From Paludibacteraceae bacterium (GTDB lineage: Bacteria; Bacteroidota; Bacteroidia; Bacteroidales; Paludibacteraceae), in the NCBI GenBank assembly GCA_017464475.1, contig JAFTZQ010000017.1:21853-85852 (forward strand): DNA of 64,000 nucleotides, read 5' to 3'. Each line of letters begins with the position of its first letter. Within the stretch, counting starts at the first letter, position 1. Under the pieces are notes generated by a model. The model did not search any database, was not told the DNA's origin, and saw nothing but the letters and a program-made list of their open reading frames with translations. Shown piece by piece: positions 17,161 through 27,651 of this stretch. The position numbers and the translations under genes are program-made.

Positions 17161-17916
17161 ATGTTATTTCAAGTTGATTTAGCGAACCCCACGTTGGAGT
17201 TTCTGGAAAACGATCCTTCTATCGCAGAGCGTTTCGGCAGCAGCGATAGTATCTCGTATGTGATGCATTCCTTCGCCGACTGGCTGGGCGTAAGCGAGAA
17301 CCTCATTACCATGCCACTCATGTTTCTGTTTAACCTATTGGTTTCATGGATATTGATCTACGGCGTGTATTACCGCTACAGCCGTCGCCGCGACTATTAT
17401 GTGCAGTTTATGCTTTTCTCGTCCGGCATGTTTCTGCTGCTATGGCTGATGCAGATTTTGGACATCCAGACGGGCTTTGTGCTGGGTCTGTTTGCCATCT
17501 TCGGCATGATCCGTTACCGCACGGAGACCGTGCCAATACGCGAAATGAACTATATGTTCCTTATCATCGCCGTTTCAGTCATTAACTCGCTCAGTCTGAA
17601 AGCCGACGGGCTGGCATGGTATCTGTTGCTGGTTGCCAACCTCATTATGATCAGCATGGCTTGGTTCTTTGAGTTATGGAACGGACATAAACGCGAATCC
17701 ACGAAGATCATTTTGTATGAAAAGATAGAGAATATCAAGCCGGAGAACCGCGCTGCGCTCATTGCGGATCTGGAAGAGCGGACGGGTCTCAAAGTAGTAG
17801 ATGTCGAAATAGGACATATTGACTTTCTGCGCGACGTAGCTTATATCAAAATGACTTACCCGCTGGAGAAAGGCAAAGTGCATAACAGTATTGACCAAAT
17901 AACGAAATTCAAATAA
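17161..17916 (+). CDS. DUF4956-family membrane protein
   Basis: The track ORF starts at TTG 17152; the first ATG is at 17161. Four predicted TM helices, then a soluble C-domain (KIILYEKIENIKPENRAALIADLEERTGLKVVDVEIGHIDFLRD). Confidence 0.6.
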   Translation: MLFQVDLANPTLEFLENDPSIAERFGSSDSISYVMHSFADWLGVSENLITMPLMFLFNLLVSWILIYGVYYRYSRRRDYYVQFMLFSSGMFLLLWLMQILDIQTGFVLGLFAIFGMIRYRTETVPIREMNYMFLIIAVSVINSLSLKADGLAWYLLLVANLIMISMAWFFELWNGHKRESTKIILYEKIENIKPENRAALIADLEERTGLKVVDVEIGHIDFLRDVAYIKMTYPLEKGKVHNSIDQITKFK

Positions 17917-17919
17917 CGA

Positions 17920-18792
17920 ATGAAACGATTTCTCCCGATATTACTCCTTATTATGTTTAGCACAGGCGCACGCGCGTGGAACTACAGCGAGACGATGAAC
18001 TCGACCTCTCATAGCGCACAGTTGCGTCTGGGAGCGGATGTACATTGGAGATGGAAGAGCGGTTTGGGTTTATCGCTCGATGAGGACCTGCGGTTCGACA
18101 TGGTTAATTCAACGAGTCTGGAGACTACAGCAGGCACGACCAAGACGCTTTTAGGTCCCGATTTCAACAAGTCGTACACCACCCTCACGCTGAGTTACAA
18201 GCACCCGCAGTTCACTTATCTGAAGGCGGACGCAGGCTACGCACTCAAGCTAATGAAAAAAGATACTACGGCGGTGGAGAAGATCATGCGCCACCGTGTG
18301 TTCTTCGGTCTTACCGGCAGTTACCGGTATGAGAATTGGTCATTCTCACTTCGTGAGCGCTTCATGACGGAGATCCGGATGGGCGATATAGACTACCATG
18401 CCGCAACCGGCTGCTATGAGCACAACCGCGCAGACTGGTATCTGCGGAGCAAGATCGAAGTGGCATACCACGCCGTGAGTAAACCGGTGAAGCCGTATAT
18501 CTGGTGCGAGTTAGTCAACACACTGAATGCCAATGCATTGCAGCAATATTATGCAGGCAATAATCCTGCCAACGGCGGACATCAGTATATTCGCCGCGTG
18601 CGCACTTGCATCGGCGTAGTATGGCGGCTCACCAGACGCAGTTCGCTCGATTTCTACTATCGTTTTAACTACGGCTACGACCGCGATATCAATGTCAAGC
18701 CGAAGAAACAGACGATCATTCTGACTGAGGAACGCAGTTTCCAGCACGCCATCGGCATTGCTTATTCGTTTAACGCCAGCCCGGATAGATAA
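17920..18792 (+). CDS. Predicted outer-membrane beta-barrel protein, function unknown
   Basis: 290 aa with signal peptide MKRFLPILLLIMFSTGARA. Alternating hydrophobic/aromatic strand pattern, and a near-C-terminal AIGIAYSF motif. Confidence 0.45.
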   Translation: MKRFLPILLLIMFSTGARAWNYSETMNSTSHSAQLRLGADVHWRWKSGLGLSLDEDLRFDMVNSTSLETTAGTTKTLLGPDFNKSYTTLTLSYKHPQFTYLKADAGYALKLMKKDTTAVEKIMRHRVFFGLTGSYRYENWSFSLRERFMTEIRMGDIDYHAATGCYEHNRADWYLRSKIEVAYHAVSKPVKPYIWCELVNTLNANALQQYYAGNNPANGGHQYIRRVRTCIGVVWRLTRRSSLDFYYRFNYGYDRDINVKPKKQTIILTEERSFQHAIGIAYSFNASPDR

Positions 18793-18794
18793 TT

Positions 18795-19223
18795 ATGAAA
18801 AGGACAATATATTTTTTGGTATGCCTGCTGATAAGCAGTGCAGCCATGGCTCAGAGCCTGTTGACGCCTGAGCAATTAGCCAAACGTGAGAAGCGCAAGA
18901 ATCTCACCGTCAAAGAATGGAATACCGATTCCAAGACCAAGACGCGCTGGCTGGACCACGTGAAAGTATATGACGCGCAAGGACGCTGCATCGAGGAGAT
19001 CGAGTATGCCTCGTACGGTCAGCGCAGTCGCGTGACAAGCAAGTATGACGATGTGACCGGCAAGGTAGTGGAAGAGGTTGAATACAACGACCGGAACAAA
19101 CCAGTCCGTATCCGCAAATACGAATGGAACGCGGACGGCACCAAGGCGAAGCAATACAACTATCTGCCGAACGGCAAACTATTCTCCGTCAAAGTATTCG
19201 AATACATCTTCAGCGATAAATAA
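18795..19223 (+). CDS. Small secreted protein, function unknown
   Basis: 142 aa with signal peptide MKRTIYFLVCLLISSAAMAQ. Repeated ..YD..G..VEE(I/V)EY.. segments. Confidence 0.45.
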   Translation: MKRTIYFLVCLLISSAAMAQSLLTPEQLAKREKRKNLTVKEWNTDSKTKTRWLDHVKVYDAQGRCIEEIEYASYGQRSRVTSKYDDVTGKVVEEVEYNDRNKPVRIRKYEWNADGTKAKQYNYLPNGKLFSVKVFEYIFSDK

Positions 19224-19237
19224 ATCGTTTATTACAG

Positions 19238-19267
19238 AAAGAGCCGCACATCGCTGTGCGGCTCTTT
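19238..19267. terminator. Bidirectional rho-independent terminator
   Basis: aaagagccgcaca / tcgc / tgtgcggctcttt: a 13 bp perfect stem with flanking A and T runs, lying between convergent genes. Confidence 0.85.
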
Positions 19268-19295
19268 CCTTTTTCCATTCATTTTCATCCTTCCA

Positions 19296-21452
19296 TTACT
19301 CCTCCTCGCTCTGGGTAGCAGCATAAGCAGCGAGCAGTTTCTCCTGTACGTCTGCCGGAACAAGTTGGTATGAATTGAAGCTCATGGTGAAGGTAGCGCG
19401 ACCTCCGGTGAGAGACGAGAGCGTCGTGGAATAGGAAGCCAGCTCTTTCAGAGGCACTTGCGCTTTGAGGCGGGTGAAGCTCTTCTCTGTCTCCATACCC
19501 ATTACCATACCGCGACGGCCGTTGATGTCGGACATTACATCACCCATGATCTCCGACGGAACAAATACCTCGAGGTCATAAACCGGCTCCAGCACTTTCG
19601 GGTTCGCCTCTTTGAAGGCTTGCGCGAAGGCATTACGTCCGGCGAGACGGAACGAGATTTCGTTGGAGTCAACCGGGTGCATCTTACCGTCATAAATAAT
19701 GACGCGCACGTCGCGGGCGTACGAACCGGTCAGAGGACCTTGCTCCATACGATCCATGATACCCTTTACGATAGCCGGGATGAAGCGTGCGTCGATAGCA
19801 CCACCGACGATGGAGTTGATGATGATCAGCTTACCACCCCACTCCAAGTTGATTTCCTGCTGGTCCTTAACGGAAACTTTGTATTCCTGGTTGCCGAACT
19901 TGTAGGTCTCTTTTACAGGCACGCCTTCCTCATACGGCTCTACGATGAGGTGCACCTCGCCGAACTGACCGGCTCCACCGGACTGTTTCTTATGGCGATA
20001 GTCGGCACGCGCAGCCTTCGTGATCGTCTCGCGGTACGGGATACGCGGTTCGCTGAACTCGATCGGCATCTTGTCGTTGTTCTCCAGACGCCATTTGAGC
20101 GTACGGAGGTGGAACTCACCCTGACCGGAAACGATCATCTGGCGGAGCTCTTTGGATTGCTCAACGATCCATGTCGGATCCTCCTCGTGGTAACGGGTCA
20201 GAAGTGCTGCCAGTTTCTCTGCGTCGGATTCGGTAACCGGCTTGATAGCACGGCGGTAACGCGGCTGCGGATAGTTGATCGGAGCGTACTGCAGGTCGCA
20301 GTCCTTTGCGTTCAGGGTGTTGCCCGTACGAGTGTCTTTCAGTTTCACAGTAGCACCGATATCTCCTGCTGCCAGTTCATCTACCGGCACGCGGATTGAA
20401 CCTGCCACCTGGTAGAGCTGCGAAATACGCTCTTTCGAACCGCGCTCCATATTCTGCAGGTCGTCGCCGTTGTGAACGGTACCTTGCATTACGCGGAAAT
20501 AGTTCACTTCGCCAATATGCGGTTCCACGGAAGTCTTGAAGACGTAGAGGCTGGTAGAAGCAGCAGCGTCCGGGCTGATTTTCTTGCCGTCAACGGTAGG
20601 ATAGCTGAACTGAGAAGGACTCGGAGCCATTCCGTTGAGGAAATCCATCAGACGGCGGACACCCATATCTTTCAGACCCGAGCAGCAGATCACCGGATAC
20701 ATCGACCCGTCTGCATAAACGGATTTGAGTCCCTGCATGATCTCTTCGTCGGTCAGACCTTCACCGAGGAACTTATCCAGCAGCGTCTCATCAGCCTCTG
20801 CAGCCGCTTCGGAGAGTTGCGAACGCATCTCCTCAACACGGTCTGCGTACTCAGCAGGAATATCCTTGAGTTCAGGTGCACCACCTTCTGCCTTCCACAC
20901 CAGCATCTTTCCCTTGAGGACATCAATGACTGCATTGAAGCCTGCTCCGGCGTTCACCGGGAACTGAATCAAAGTACATTTATTGCCAAAGTTCTCTTTC
21001 AGTTGGTTAAACGTGCGATCGAAGTCTGCGTCTTGGTGATCGCATTTGTTGATGACGAAAGCCAGCGGCTTTTTAGCATGCTCCACGAGACGGAAGTTAT
21101 TCTGGGTTCCGACCTCTACTCCGCCGTTAGCGGAGAGAACGATGAGCGCTGAACCGCACATCTGCAGCGCAGCCACGGTACCGCCGCAGAAATCGTCACT
21201 ACCTGCGCAGTCAATGATGTTCAGTTTCTTGCCCTCAAACTCGATGTTACAAACCGTAGAGAAGACCGAATAGCCGTACTCTTTCTCAACCGGGAAATAA
21301 TCGCACACGGTGGATTGCGCTTCAATCGTACCGCGGCGTTTGATCACCCCGCTCTCGAACAACATCGACTCCATAAGGGTCGTTTTACCGGATCCCGAAC
21401 CGCCCAACATAGCGACGTTCTTGATCTCATTTGCTTGATAAACTTTAGCCAT
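19296..21452 (-). CDS. Elongation factor G family GTPase (divergent paralogue)
   Basis: 718 aa. P-loop GGSGSGKT, DCAG, NKCD, and full five-domain EF-G length with a conserved C-terminal region. Confidence 0.8.
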   Translation of the reverse strand: MAKVYQANEIKNVAMLGGSGSGKTTLMESMLFESGVIKRRGTIEAQSTVCDYFPVEKEYGYSVFSTVCNIEFEGKKLNIIDCAGSDDFCGGTVAALQMCGSALIVLSANGGVEVGTQNNFRLVEHAKKPLAFVINKCDHQDADFDRTFNQLKENFGNKCTLIQFPVNAGAGFNAVIDVLKGKMLVWKAEGGAPELKDIPAEYADRVEEMRSQLSEAAAEADETLLDKFLGEGLTDEEIMQGLKSVYADGSMYPVICCSGLKDMGVRRLMDFLNGMAPSPSQFSYPTVDGKKISPDAAASTSLYVFKTSVEPHIGEVNYFRVMQGTVHNGDDLQNMERGSKERISQLYQVAGSIRVPVDELAAGDIGATVKLKDTRTGNTLNAKDCDLQYAPINYPQPRYRRAIKPVTESDAEKLAALLTRYHEEDPTWIVEQSKELRQMIVSGQGEFHLRTLKWRLENNDKMPIEFSEPRIPYRETITKAARADYRHKKQSGGAGQFGEVHLIVEPYEEGVPVKETYKFGNQEYKVSVKDQQEINLEWGGKLIIINSIVGGAIDARFIPAIVKGIMDRMEQGPLTGSYARDVRVIIYDGKMHPVDSNEISFRLAGRNAFAQAFKEANPKVLEPVYDLEVFVPSEIMGDVMSDINGRRGMVMGMETEKSFTRLKAQVPLKELASYSTTLSSLTGGRATFTMSFNSYQLVPADVQEKLLAAYAATQSEEE

Positions 21453-21536
21453 AATTGTATTATTTTAAGGTGTTATAATAATGTCTTTCGCTGGTTGCGC
21501 TTGCGTTTTGCTAACTCAACTTGGCAAAATCGGGGG

Positions 21537-21544
21537 CAAAGATA
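21537..21544 (-). promoter_or_regulatory. -7 box TAtcTTTG for the EF-G paralogue
   Basis: caaagata on the + strand, 85 nt upstream of ATG 21452. Confidence 0.5.
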
Positions 21545-21627
21545 GTACTTTTTTTTGAATTATGCAAGAGTAAGGTGCATTTTTAGCTAAAATTCTTCCG
21601 CTATCGTCATACTTAGGGGTGCTGAAT

Positions 21628-21670
21628 AACCTAGGTATAACCTAGGTATCACCTAGGTATCACCTAGGGT
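21628..21670. repeat. 11 bp tandem repeat (A/C)ACCTAGGTAT x4
   Basis: aacctaggtat aacctaggtat cacctaggtat cacctagggt read directly. Confidence 0.9.
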
Positions 21671-21691
21671 TGACCCGAAGGATAGAGGATG

Positions 21692-21730
21692 AAGGTTAAA
21701 GGTTAAAGGTTAAAGGTTAAAGGTTAAAGG
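21692..21730. repeat. 7 bp tandem repeat AAGGTTA x5.5
   Basis: aaggttaaaggttaaaggttaaaggttaaaggttaaagg read directly. Confidence 0.9.
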
Positions 21731-21782
21731 AAAAAAAATAATAAAAAAACGAAGAATATTTGCGTATATGCAATTTTTGTAG

Positions 21783-21790
21783 TATCTTTG
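21783..21790 (+). promoter_or_regulatory. -7 box TAtcTTTG for glyA, followed by an A/G-rich roughly 80 nt leader
   Basis: tatctttg, 85 nt upstream of ATG 21876. Confidence 0.55.
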
Positions 21791-21875
21791 CAGCACAAAT
21801 CGAAAGAAGGGAAATCAAAAGAACAAAAGAAGAAAACCCAAAGAAATCATAAGAAATAATCAAAAAATAAATACT

Positions 21876-23141
<1,266 letters not shown>

Positions 23142-23156
<15 letters not shown>

Positions 23157-24008
23157 CTTGCGATAGTGGTTGGGAGTCATATTCAGATGCTTCTTGACAT
23201 ACTGACTGAAGAAACTGGCATTTGGGAACGCCATCAGTTTCGCAACCTCGCGAATAGGAATCGTGGTATTCTGCAAGTAATGTTTCAGTTCGGATATTGT
23301 GATATCTGAAATCCATTCGCTTGCGGTCTTGCCACTCTTAGCTTTGCAAACCTCCGATAGATATTTCGGCGAGATATCCAGCTTCTTGGCAAACCATTGC
23401 ACTTCGCGCTCATGCGGATGCTCCTGGAGCAAATGGATGAACTCGTGGAAAAGGTAATCGCCTTGGTTGATAGCAAGACGCGGGTTTTCGAAACTGGACG
23501 AAACAGCCAACTTATCCATATAATTGAGCAACTCCATCATAGCCCCTTTGGCAATGAGACGCAAGATCTGGCGACGGTAATCGGATAGACGATCCTGCAG
23601 CTGAAGCGTCAGCAGATGGAAATAGGTGTCAAAGAACTCCGTGCTGACAGGGTTAATATGGAAAATCGGATTACGCTTGATGTACTCTTGTTTAGCCCAC
23701 CAATTCGGCTCAACACGCATGTGGTCATACATGATCTGCTCATAAACCGAGGCATCAATGGTTACCTGCTTGAACGTGAAATCATCGGACATCTCATAGG
23801 GACCGAGCGGTTGCGTAAAATCCGGAATACGAACGAATAAATCGTTTTTTCCAATACGAATCATCCCGCCCCGATAATAGACATCAATGTATCCGCCCGT
23901 GCACAAAATAATGGACATTGTGGCAGATGAAGTGGTGCGTTTTTCCCGACATTCGCGGAAACCTTCTTTCTCGTCGGTAATAAAAATTAAATCTGTAAAT
24001 AGGGTCAT
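23142..24008 (-). CDS. AraC-family transcriptional regulator
   Basis: 288 aa. C-terminal HTH pair ([31 protein letters not shown]...[23 protein letters not shown]). The 3' end overlaps glyA by 15 nt. Confidence 0.8.
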
Positions 24009-24070
24009 GTGAGTAAGTATTTGTTAATTAATAATGTAACTCATAGGATTATTGTTTGCTATTTTCGGGG

Positions 24071-24078
24071 CAAAAGTA
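24071..24078 (-). promoter_or_regulatory. -7 box TActTTTG for the AraC-family gene 23142..24008
   Basis: caaaagta on the + strand. Confidence 0.5.
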
Positions 24079-24140
24079 CTATTTTTTTTCGAAATGCACA
24101 AATTTTTAGTATTTTTTTTGCAAAATTCAATAAAAAAGAG

Positions 24141-24148
24141 TAATTTTG
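24141..24148 (+). promoter_or_regulatory. -7 box TAatTTTG for the DUF4837-like gene
   Basis: taattttg, 22 nt upstream of ATG 24171. Confidence 0.55.
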
Positions 24149-24170
24149 CAGCCAAAATGTTAATAAGGAT

Positions 24171-25193
24171 ATGAAAAAGAGCTTATTTTTCGCGCTAATA
24201 GCGCTGTTAATGATGAGTTGCAGCAAGGGCAACGAACGCCTCTTGACCTCCGCAACGGGAAGTATCTACGAGTGTCTGGTGGTCAGTTCGGGTTCGGTCA
24301 AAGCGCCGGTATGCGACCTGATGAGCGCAGACATGTACGGTTTGCCTCAGATGGAGCCGTATTTCACAGTTTCTCACGTAGCCCCGTCTCAGTTTGATGA
24401 TTTCTTGAAATCATCGCGTAATGTGCTGATTATTGACATCGACGAGCACAAATACACCCAGTCAAAGACCATTCGCACACGCAATGCATACTCCAAACCG
24501 CAAGCTCTGGTGCGCATCCAAGCGCCGAGTGACGAAGCGTTTTTGAGTTATTGGAACGAATACGGGGAGGCGATCCGCGAGTGGTTTGTGCAGGAAGAGT
24601 TAGCGCGCCAGATCCGTTTCTACCATGCCAACACCTGCAAAGAGGCACGCGCGGCGCTCAACAAACAGGGCTACGACATCCTCATTCCGGAGGACTATAT
24701 GTTCATTGAAAGTAAAAAGTTGAAAGTGGAGAGTGAAACGGATTCGGTGGAAGTCATTTGGGCTTGCAACAACAAGGGTCCAATGCGCAAAGACATCCTC
24801 GTCTATAGTTTTCCGTACACTTCCCAAGAGCAGTTCTCCAACGAAGCCATCATCGCGCTACGCAACGAGGTCATGGGACAACTCGTGAGCGGACAAGTAG
24901 AAGGCAGCCACATGGGGACTGAGACCAAACATTTCCCGCCGATGAGCCGCTATGTATCGGCGCTGCGGGACAGTATAGGCGGTTTCTACGCCGTGGAGAC
25001 ACGCGGTCTATGGAGACTCGAAGACGGCGAAGCGATGGGTGGTCCGTTTGTGTCTCTGACGAGGCTGGACCAAGTGAACGGTCGCGTGGTAACTGCCGAA
25101 GCTTTCCTGTTCGCCGCGGGTCAGAAGAAACGCAATGCCTTGCGCCAGCAAGAGGCTATCCTTTACACGCTTAAGATGCCGAACGAGCGCTGA
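24171..25193 (+). CDS. DUF4837-like lipoprotein
   Basis: 340 aa with lipobox LLMMSC. GLPQMEPYFTVSHVAPSQFDDFLKSSRNVLIIDID resembles the Bacteroidota DUF4837 family (from memory). Confidence 0.5.
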   Translation: MKKSLFFALIALLMMSCSKGNERLLTSATGSIYECLVVSSGSVKAPVCDLMSADMYGLPQMEPYFTVSHVAPSQFDDFLKSSRNVLIIDIDEHKYTQSKTIRTRNAYSKPQALVRIQAPSDEAFLSYWNEYGEAIREWFVQEELARQIRFYHANTCKEARAALNKQGYDILIPEDYMFIESKKLKVESETDSVEVIWACNNKGPMRKDILVYSFPYTSQEQFSNEAIIALRNEVMGQLVSGQVEGSHMGTETKHFPPMSRYVSALRDSIGGFYAVETRGLWRLEDGEAMGGPFVSLTRLDQVNGRVVTAEAFLFAAGQKKRNALRQQEAILYTLKMPNER

Positions 25194-25857
25194 TGGCTTT
25201 CCACCGCCGGAGACCGTAGAGGCAGTTGGCGCACCAGAACAGATATTGCGCCGCCATGCAATAATCGCCGGCTCGCAACCAAAGCGCGACACTCAATACA
25301 TCGACCGCCAGCCAGATAAACCAGTGCTCGCGGTACACAAGAATCATCAGTACCTGCGCAACCAGCGCGGGTATTGTTGTGAAAGCGTCCAAATACGGCT
25401 GAGTGTCGTCCGTCCAAGCGGCTAACCCCCACCCTGCCAGCCAAGAACCGACCAGCGTTGCTGCCGCGATAAGAAGAATCGTTCGAAGCGGCAAAGAGCG
25501 CGGCATAACAAGGCGTTTGCCGGAAGAACCGTCTTCCGGTTTTCTAAGCCGCCGTTTCCATACATAGACGCCGTAGATCATGGTGACGAAATAATAACCG
25601 TTGATGGCTATCTCGCCGTAGAAACGCTGGGTGTAACAGAGATACGTATAGGTGAAGACTTGCGCGAAACCGAATGCGAAAGTCATAATCTTTCCTTGCG
25701 CCGTGAGACAAACGGAACAGACGCCCAGGCATCCGCTCAGCAGCGAGAGCCATGTGTCATGGGGCATGAAGGCATAAGTCAGCACTTGGATCAGCAGACC
25801 CAATGCCATGAACGAGTAATCGTACCATTTGCTGTCTAACCGGTGAGTACTCTCCAT
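25171..25857 (-). CDS. pnuC: Nicotinamide riboside transporter PnuC
   Basis: Start at Met31 of the track ORF (MESTHRLDSKWYDYS...; CAT 25855-25857). Multi-TM, with ...AQGKIMTFAFGFAQVFTYTYLCY...YGEIAINGYYF. TGATG 1 nt overlap with the upstream stop. Confidence 0.8.
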   Translation of the reverse strand: MESTHRLDSKWYDYSFMALGLLIQVLTYAFMPHDTWLSLLSGCLGVCSVCLTAQGKIMTFAFGFAQVFTYTYLCYTQRFYGEIAINGYYFVTMIYGVYVWKRRLRKPEDGSSGKRLVMPRSLPLRTILLIAAATLVGSWLAGWGLAAWTDDTQPYLDAFTTIPALVAQVLMILVYREHWFIWLAVDVLSVALWLRAGDYCMAAQYLFWCANCLYGLRRWKAISARSAS

Positions 25858-27650
25858 CACTTTTTCGTTACCACTTTGATCAGTTCTTTCGGCTTCGCCT
25901 GCATCTGCTCTACCGCCTGGTAATCCCACTCTTCCTCGAAATCCCAATTGGACTTGGTCTGTATCTTACCGGGGAAATAATAGATGGCTTCCGGCTGGCG
26001 ATGGTTCTCCCACGATCCGGTGGTCCATTTGCCGTCTCCGTTCTCGTCCAGATAGAGCCGCATATAATAACTGTCAGGCTTGAGGTGTTCAAAGAACGCC
26101 CCTTCCTCCGTTGCCGGCAGCTCGCGCACCACCTGGTCCTTGCTGTCCAAGATCTGAATCCGTGCTTGCGGGACAAAAGGCTTCAGTTTGACGCGGAGCG
26201 TAGAGTAATCCGCCGGCGTCTTGACCGTCAGAGCATAAGTTCCCGCTATATGGCTTACTCCATACACATCCGTCAACGCCCCGCTGTCGAGACGCAGTTC
26301 GTAGTCCTCGCCCGCATTCAGGTCTGCCCTAAAAAGCAATTTCATCGGCAAAGTGTCGTACGGCATAATTTCAAATGGAACAGGTGTATAGACCGTGTCC
26401 CGGCGGAGGAAGAGATGGATCGAGTCGATCGCTATATCATGTATCGGCGTTGTGCAACTCAGGCTCAGCGTGTCGTATAACTCAAATCCCTTGCGGGCAT
26501 TGGATTTCAGCTCCAGACGGCGGTTGCGGTTCTTTCTGTCCAGTTGCTCTTTCGCTTTCGCGGTCATCCTTGGCGCACGCCATACAGCGCGCAAAGTATC
26601 GGTGTACCATTCCAGATCAAAGACGCTGTCCGTACGGCGGTAACGCGCTTCGAGGAAAATCGAATCCTGGCGGATAGCAACACTATCCGTGAGCCAGAGC
26701 GTCACTGTATCGCGTCGGGCGGTATAGACCATGTGTATATAGGGCGTCGGATCCACCCACGCGGAGTCGTTCTTGGTCGAATCGACCTCCGACGGACGCA
26801 TCGCGCGCCACGAGAGCACGCTGTCCGGCGAAGAGGAGAAAAGCAATCTAATACGATGCTGCTCATCGCGCAAGGTGCGCTGGAGGTATAGTTTCTCCTG
26901 CGCTTCCTTGAAGAGGAACAGCCTGCCTTCCACTATTGCCGCACTATCGGCTGTGTCCCTCGGAGCGATCGTCACCTCCTCGTCCGCAAAACCCATCGCC
27001 TCCCCCGGCGTCAGGCGGTTATCGCGGCTGAAATCATCCACGGCATAGAGCCGGTATTTGCCCGGATGGATATTACCGATGCGGAAATACCCCGTTGAGT
27101 CCGTCTTGGCGATTCGCAGGAAGGGCTGCTTGGTCAACGCGGAATCCGAGAGGTCGCGGTGAATACCCACCAGAATACCCTGCATGGGGTTCAGCGTCGC
27201 TGCATCATAGACCATTCCGGTGTACTCCAGCGTATCGATCTCGTCGCCCGTAGAGAAATAGAACGAGAAGCCATGCAGCGGCACGCGTTCGCGGAAATCG
27301 CACACGGCATCGCCGAAATCGATAGTGTACGTCGTGCTGTCGCGCAGCGAGTCTTGGAAATTGATAATCAGTCTCTTACCCCTCGCCCGCACGTCCGGCG
27401 CATTCTGCTGGGGCGGCGACATCAACAGGTTGCCGGCTATATTATTGAGTTGGATATATTCGTCGAAAGTAACCTCAATGCGTTTGTCCTTGAAATTCAG
27501 CGCACCGATCTCAGGCACCGAACGCAGAGGAACAGGCGGAATAGAATCTTTCGGACCGCCTTGCGGACCGATACCACGGTTGGCACAACCCGCCAAGATC
27601 GCGAGCGCCGCCAGACAATACAATAGTTTACGCAGATTTCCTATTCTCAT
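25857..27650 (-). CDS. Ig-like-domain lipoprotein, function unknown
   Basis: Start at Met8 (MRIGNLRKLLYCLAALAILAGC lipobox). The GPKDSIPPVPLRS...RIEVTFDEYIQL N-terminal Ig-like module is common in Bacteroidota. Confidence 0.55.
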   Translation of the reverse strand: MRIGNLRKLLYCLAALAILAGCANRGIGPQGGPKDSIPPVPLRSVPEIGALNFKDKRIEVTFDEYIQLNNIAGNLLMSPPQQNAPDVRARGKRLIINFQDSLRDSTTYTIDFGDAVCDFRERVPLHGFSFYFSTGDEIDTLEYTGMVYDAATLNPMQGILVGIHRDLSDSALTKQPFLRIAKTDSTGYFRIGNIHPGKYRLYAVDDFSRDNRLTPGEAMGFADEEVTIAPRDTADSAAIVEGRLFLFKEAQEKLYLQRTLRDEQHRIRLLFSSSPDSVLSWRAMRPSEVDSTKNDSAWVDPTPYIHMVYTARRDTVTLWLTDSVAIRQDSIFLEARYRRTDSVFDLEWYTDTLRAVWRAPRMTAKAKEQLDRKNRNRRLELKSNARKGFELYDTLSLSCTTPIHDIAIDSIHLFLRRDTVYTPVPFEIMPYDTLPMKLLFRADLNAGEDYELRLDSGALTDVYGVSHIAGTYALTVKTPADYSTLRVKLKPFVPQARIQILDSKDQVVRELPATEEGAFFEHLKPDSYYMRLYLDENGDGKWTTGSWENHRQPEAIYYFPGKIQTKSNWDFEEEWDYQAVEQMQAKPKELIKVVTKK

Positions 27651-27651
27651 C

